From NCBI RefSeq assembly GCF_006345805.1, contig NC_043000.1:138632001-138696000 (forward strand): 64,000 bases of DNA, in the 5' to 3' direction. The notes below the pieces were generated by a model. The model was given only the letters and a program-made list of their open reading frames with translations, was not told the origin of the DNA and searched no databases. The stretch is from Octopus sinensis. Taxonomy: Eukaryota. The position numbers and the translations under genes were made by a program. Shown here piece by piece: positions 63,130 through 64,000 of this stretch. Each line of letters opens with the position of its first letter. Position 1 is the stretch's first letter.

Positions 63130-63360
63130 AATATTTTCACTTATATTATTACACCATATATATATATATATATATATAAATATTTATATATTAGAAGGTT
63201 TGGAGATGATGCATAGGTATTATATATTAGAAGAAATAAGGTACTAAAAAATCTGGATGGTTTTATAGTTACAGATTTTTTTAATATGTCACATGTTTTT
63301 ATAAACCATACATTAACGCTTGCATCCACTCTAGTGGATTCTTCAGATTGAATTTTTGAG
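63130..63360 (-). mobile_element. Penelope-like short element with hammerhead-like motif (63311-63350)
   Basis: Minus: caat CTGAAGA atccac taga gtggat GCAA gcgt TA at; perfect 6-bp helix II; among (TA)n tracts. Confidence 0.6.
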
Positions 63361-64000
63361 AAAATTCATCTCTTTTTATAGTATTATATATATATATATA
63401 TATAATATATATATATATATTATATATATATATATTCATTCATTTGTTTATTATACACACATGTATACACTCACATACACAAACACACACACACATACAC
63501 ACGTTAATAAAGATATTTTATATTCTAAACATTTACATCCTTCGTATATGTCATTCTCATATATGTAGTTCTATTGTGTACCATTATAAAAATGCATGAG
63601 TACCTGTGCATGTGAATGCCAAGCATGAATATGTGTTCTGTTATAACCGGAATGAAATTCGGAATATCCTGGACATTAGTTGGAAGAAATTAATTTGCAT
63701 AGTCAATGAACAATCTGTAGCAATATATAAATATATAATTAAAGAAACTGAATAGAATTTGTTGATTGATATTCAAGTTTGAAAGTTTTGCATATTATTT
63801 ATATATTACAAAGTAATATACAAGGTAAAGGGGCTCCTAAAGGAGTCTCAGGGAGTAGAATCCCTGCCTTTCTGAGCTAGTTTTCTCCTACATTTGTTAA
63901 AAATTGTGGTCGAGGCCTAGGTCTCATGACCACTCATGTCTAGAAACTGAGGTTGGGGGTAAGCAAGAGCATGCTCCCTGTAGAAAATTCAGCCCCCAAA

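Overview
AT-rich, repeat-saturated animal DNA, most likely intronic or intergenic. The repeat landscape (tRNA-headed SINEs, RTE tails ending in (GAT)n, long (TA)n/(TACA)n tracts) is consistent with an octopus/coleoid genome; this is an inference. No intact host protein-coding gene is supported, and most listed ORFs are microsatellite or SINE read-through. Recognisable content: four tRNA-derived SINE families (labelled A, B, D, E), many RTE LINE fragments and 3' tails (label C), an R4/Dong-like REL-endonuclease LINE fragment, four Tc1/mariner relics, two non-autonomous Helitrons, hAT and TTAA-MITE ends, and local inverted/tandem duplications at 36-41 kb. The most notable signal is about ten short Penelope-like elements with minimal type-I hammerhead ribozyme motifs. 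One is near-canonical (2119-2177, minus). Others have variant cores (G3:C8 swap, U4C, A6U, A13C), and several sit in fold-back palindromes beside (TA)n tracts. Also seen: a candidate degenerate HDV-like fold (52474-52530), SINE multimers with a fixed junction inside single TSDs, and a possible 17-nt microexon. All structures were read by eye and need computational and experimental checks.
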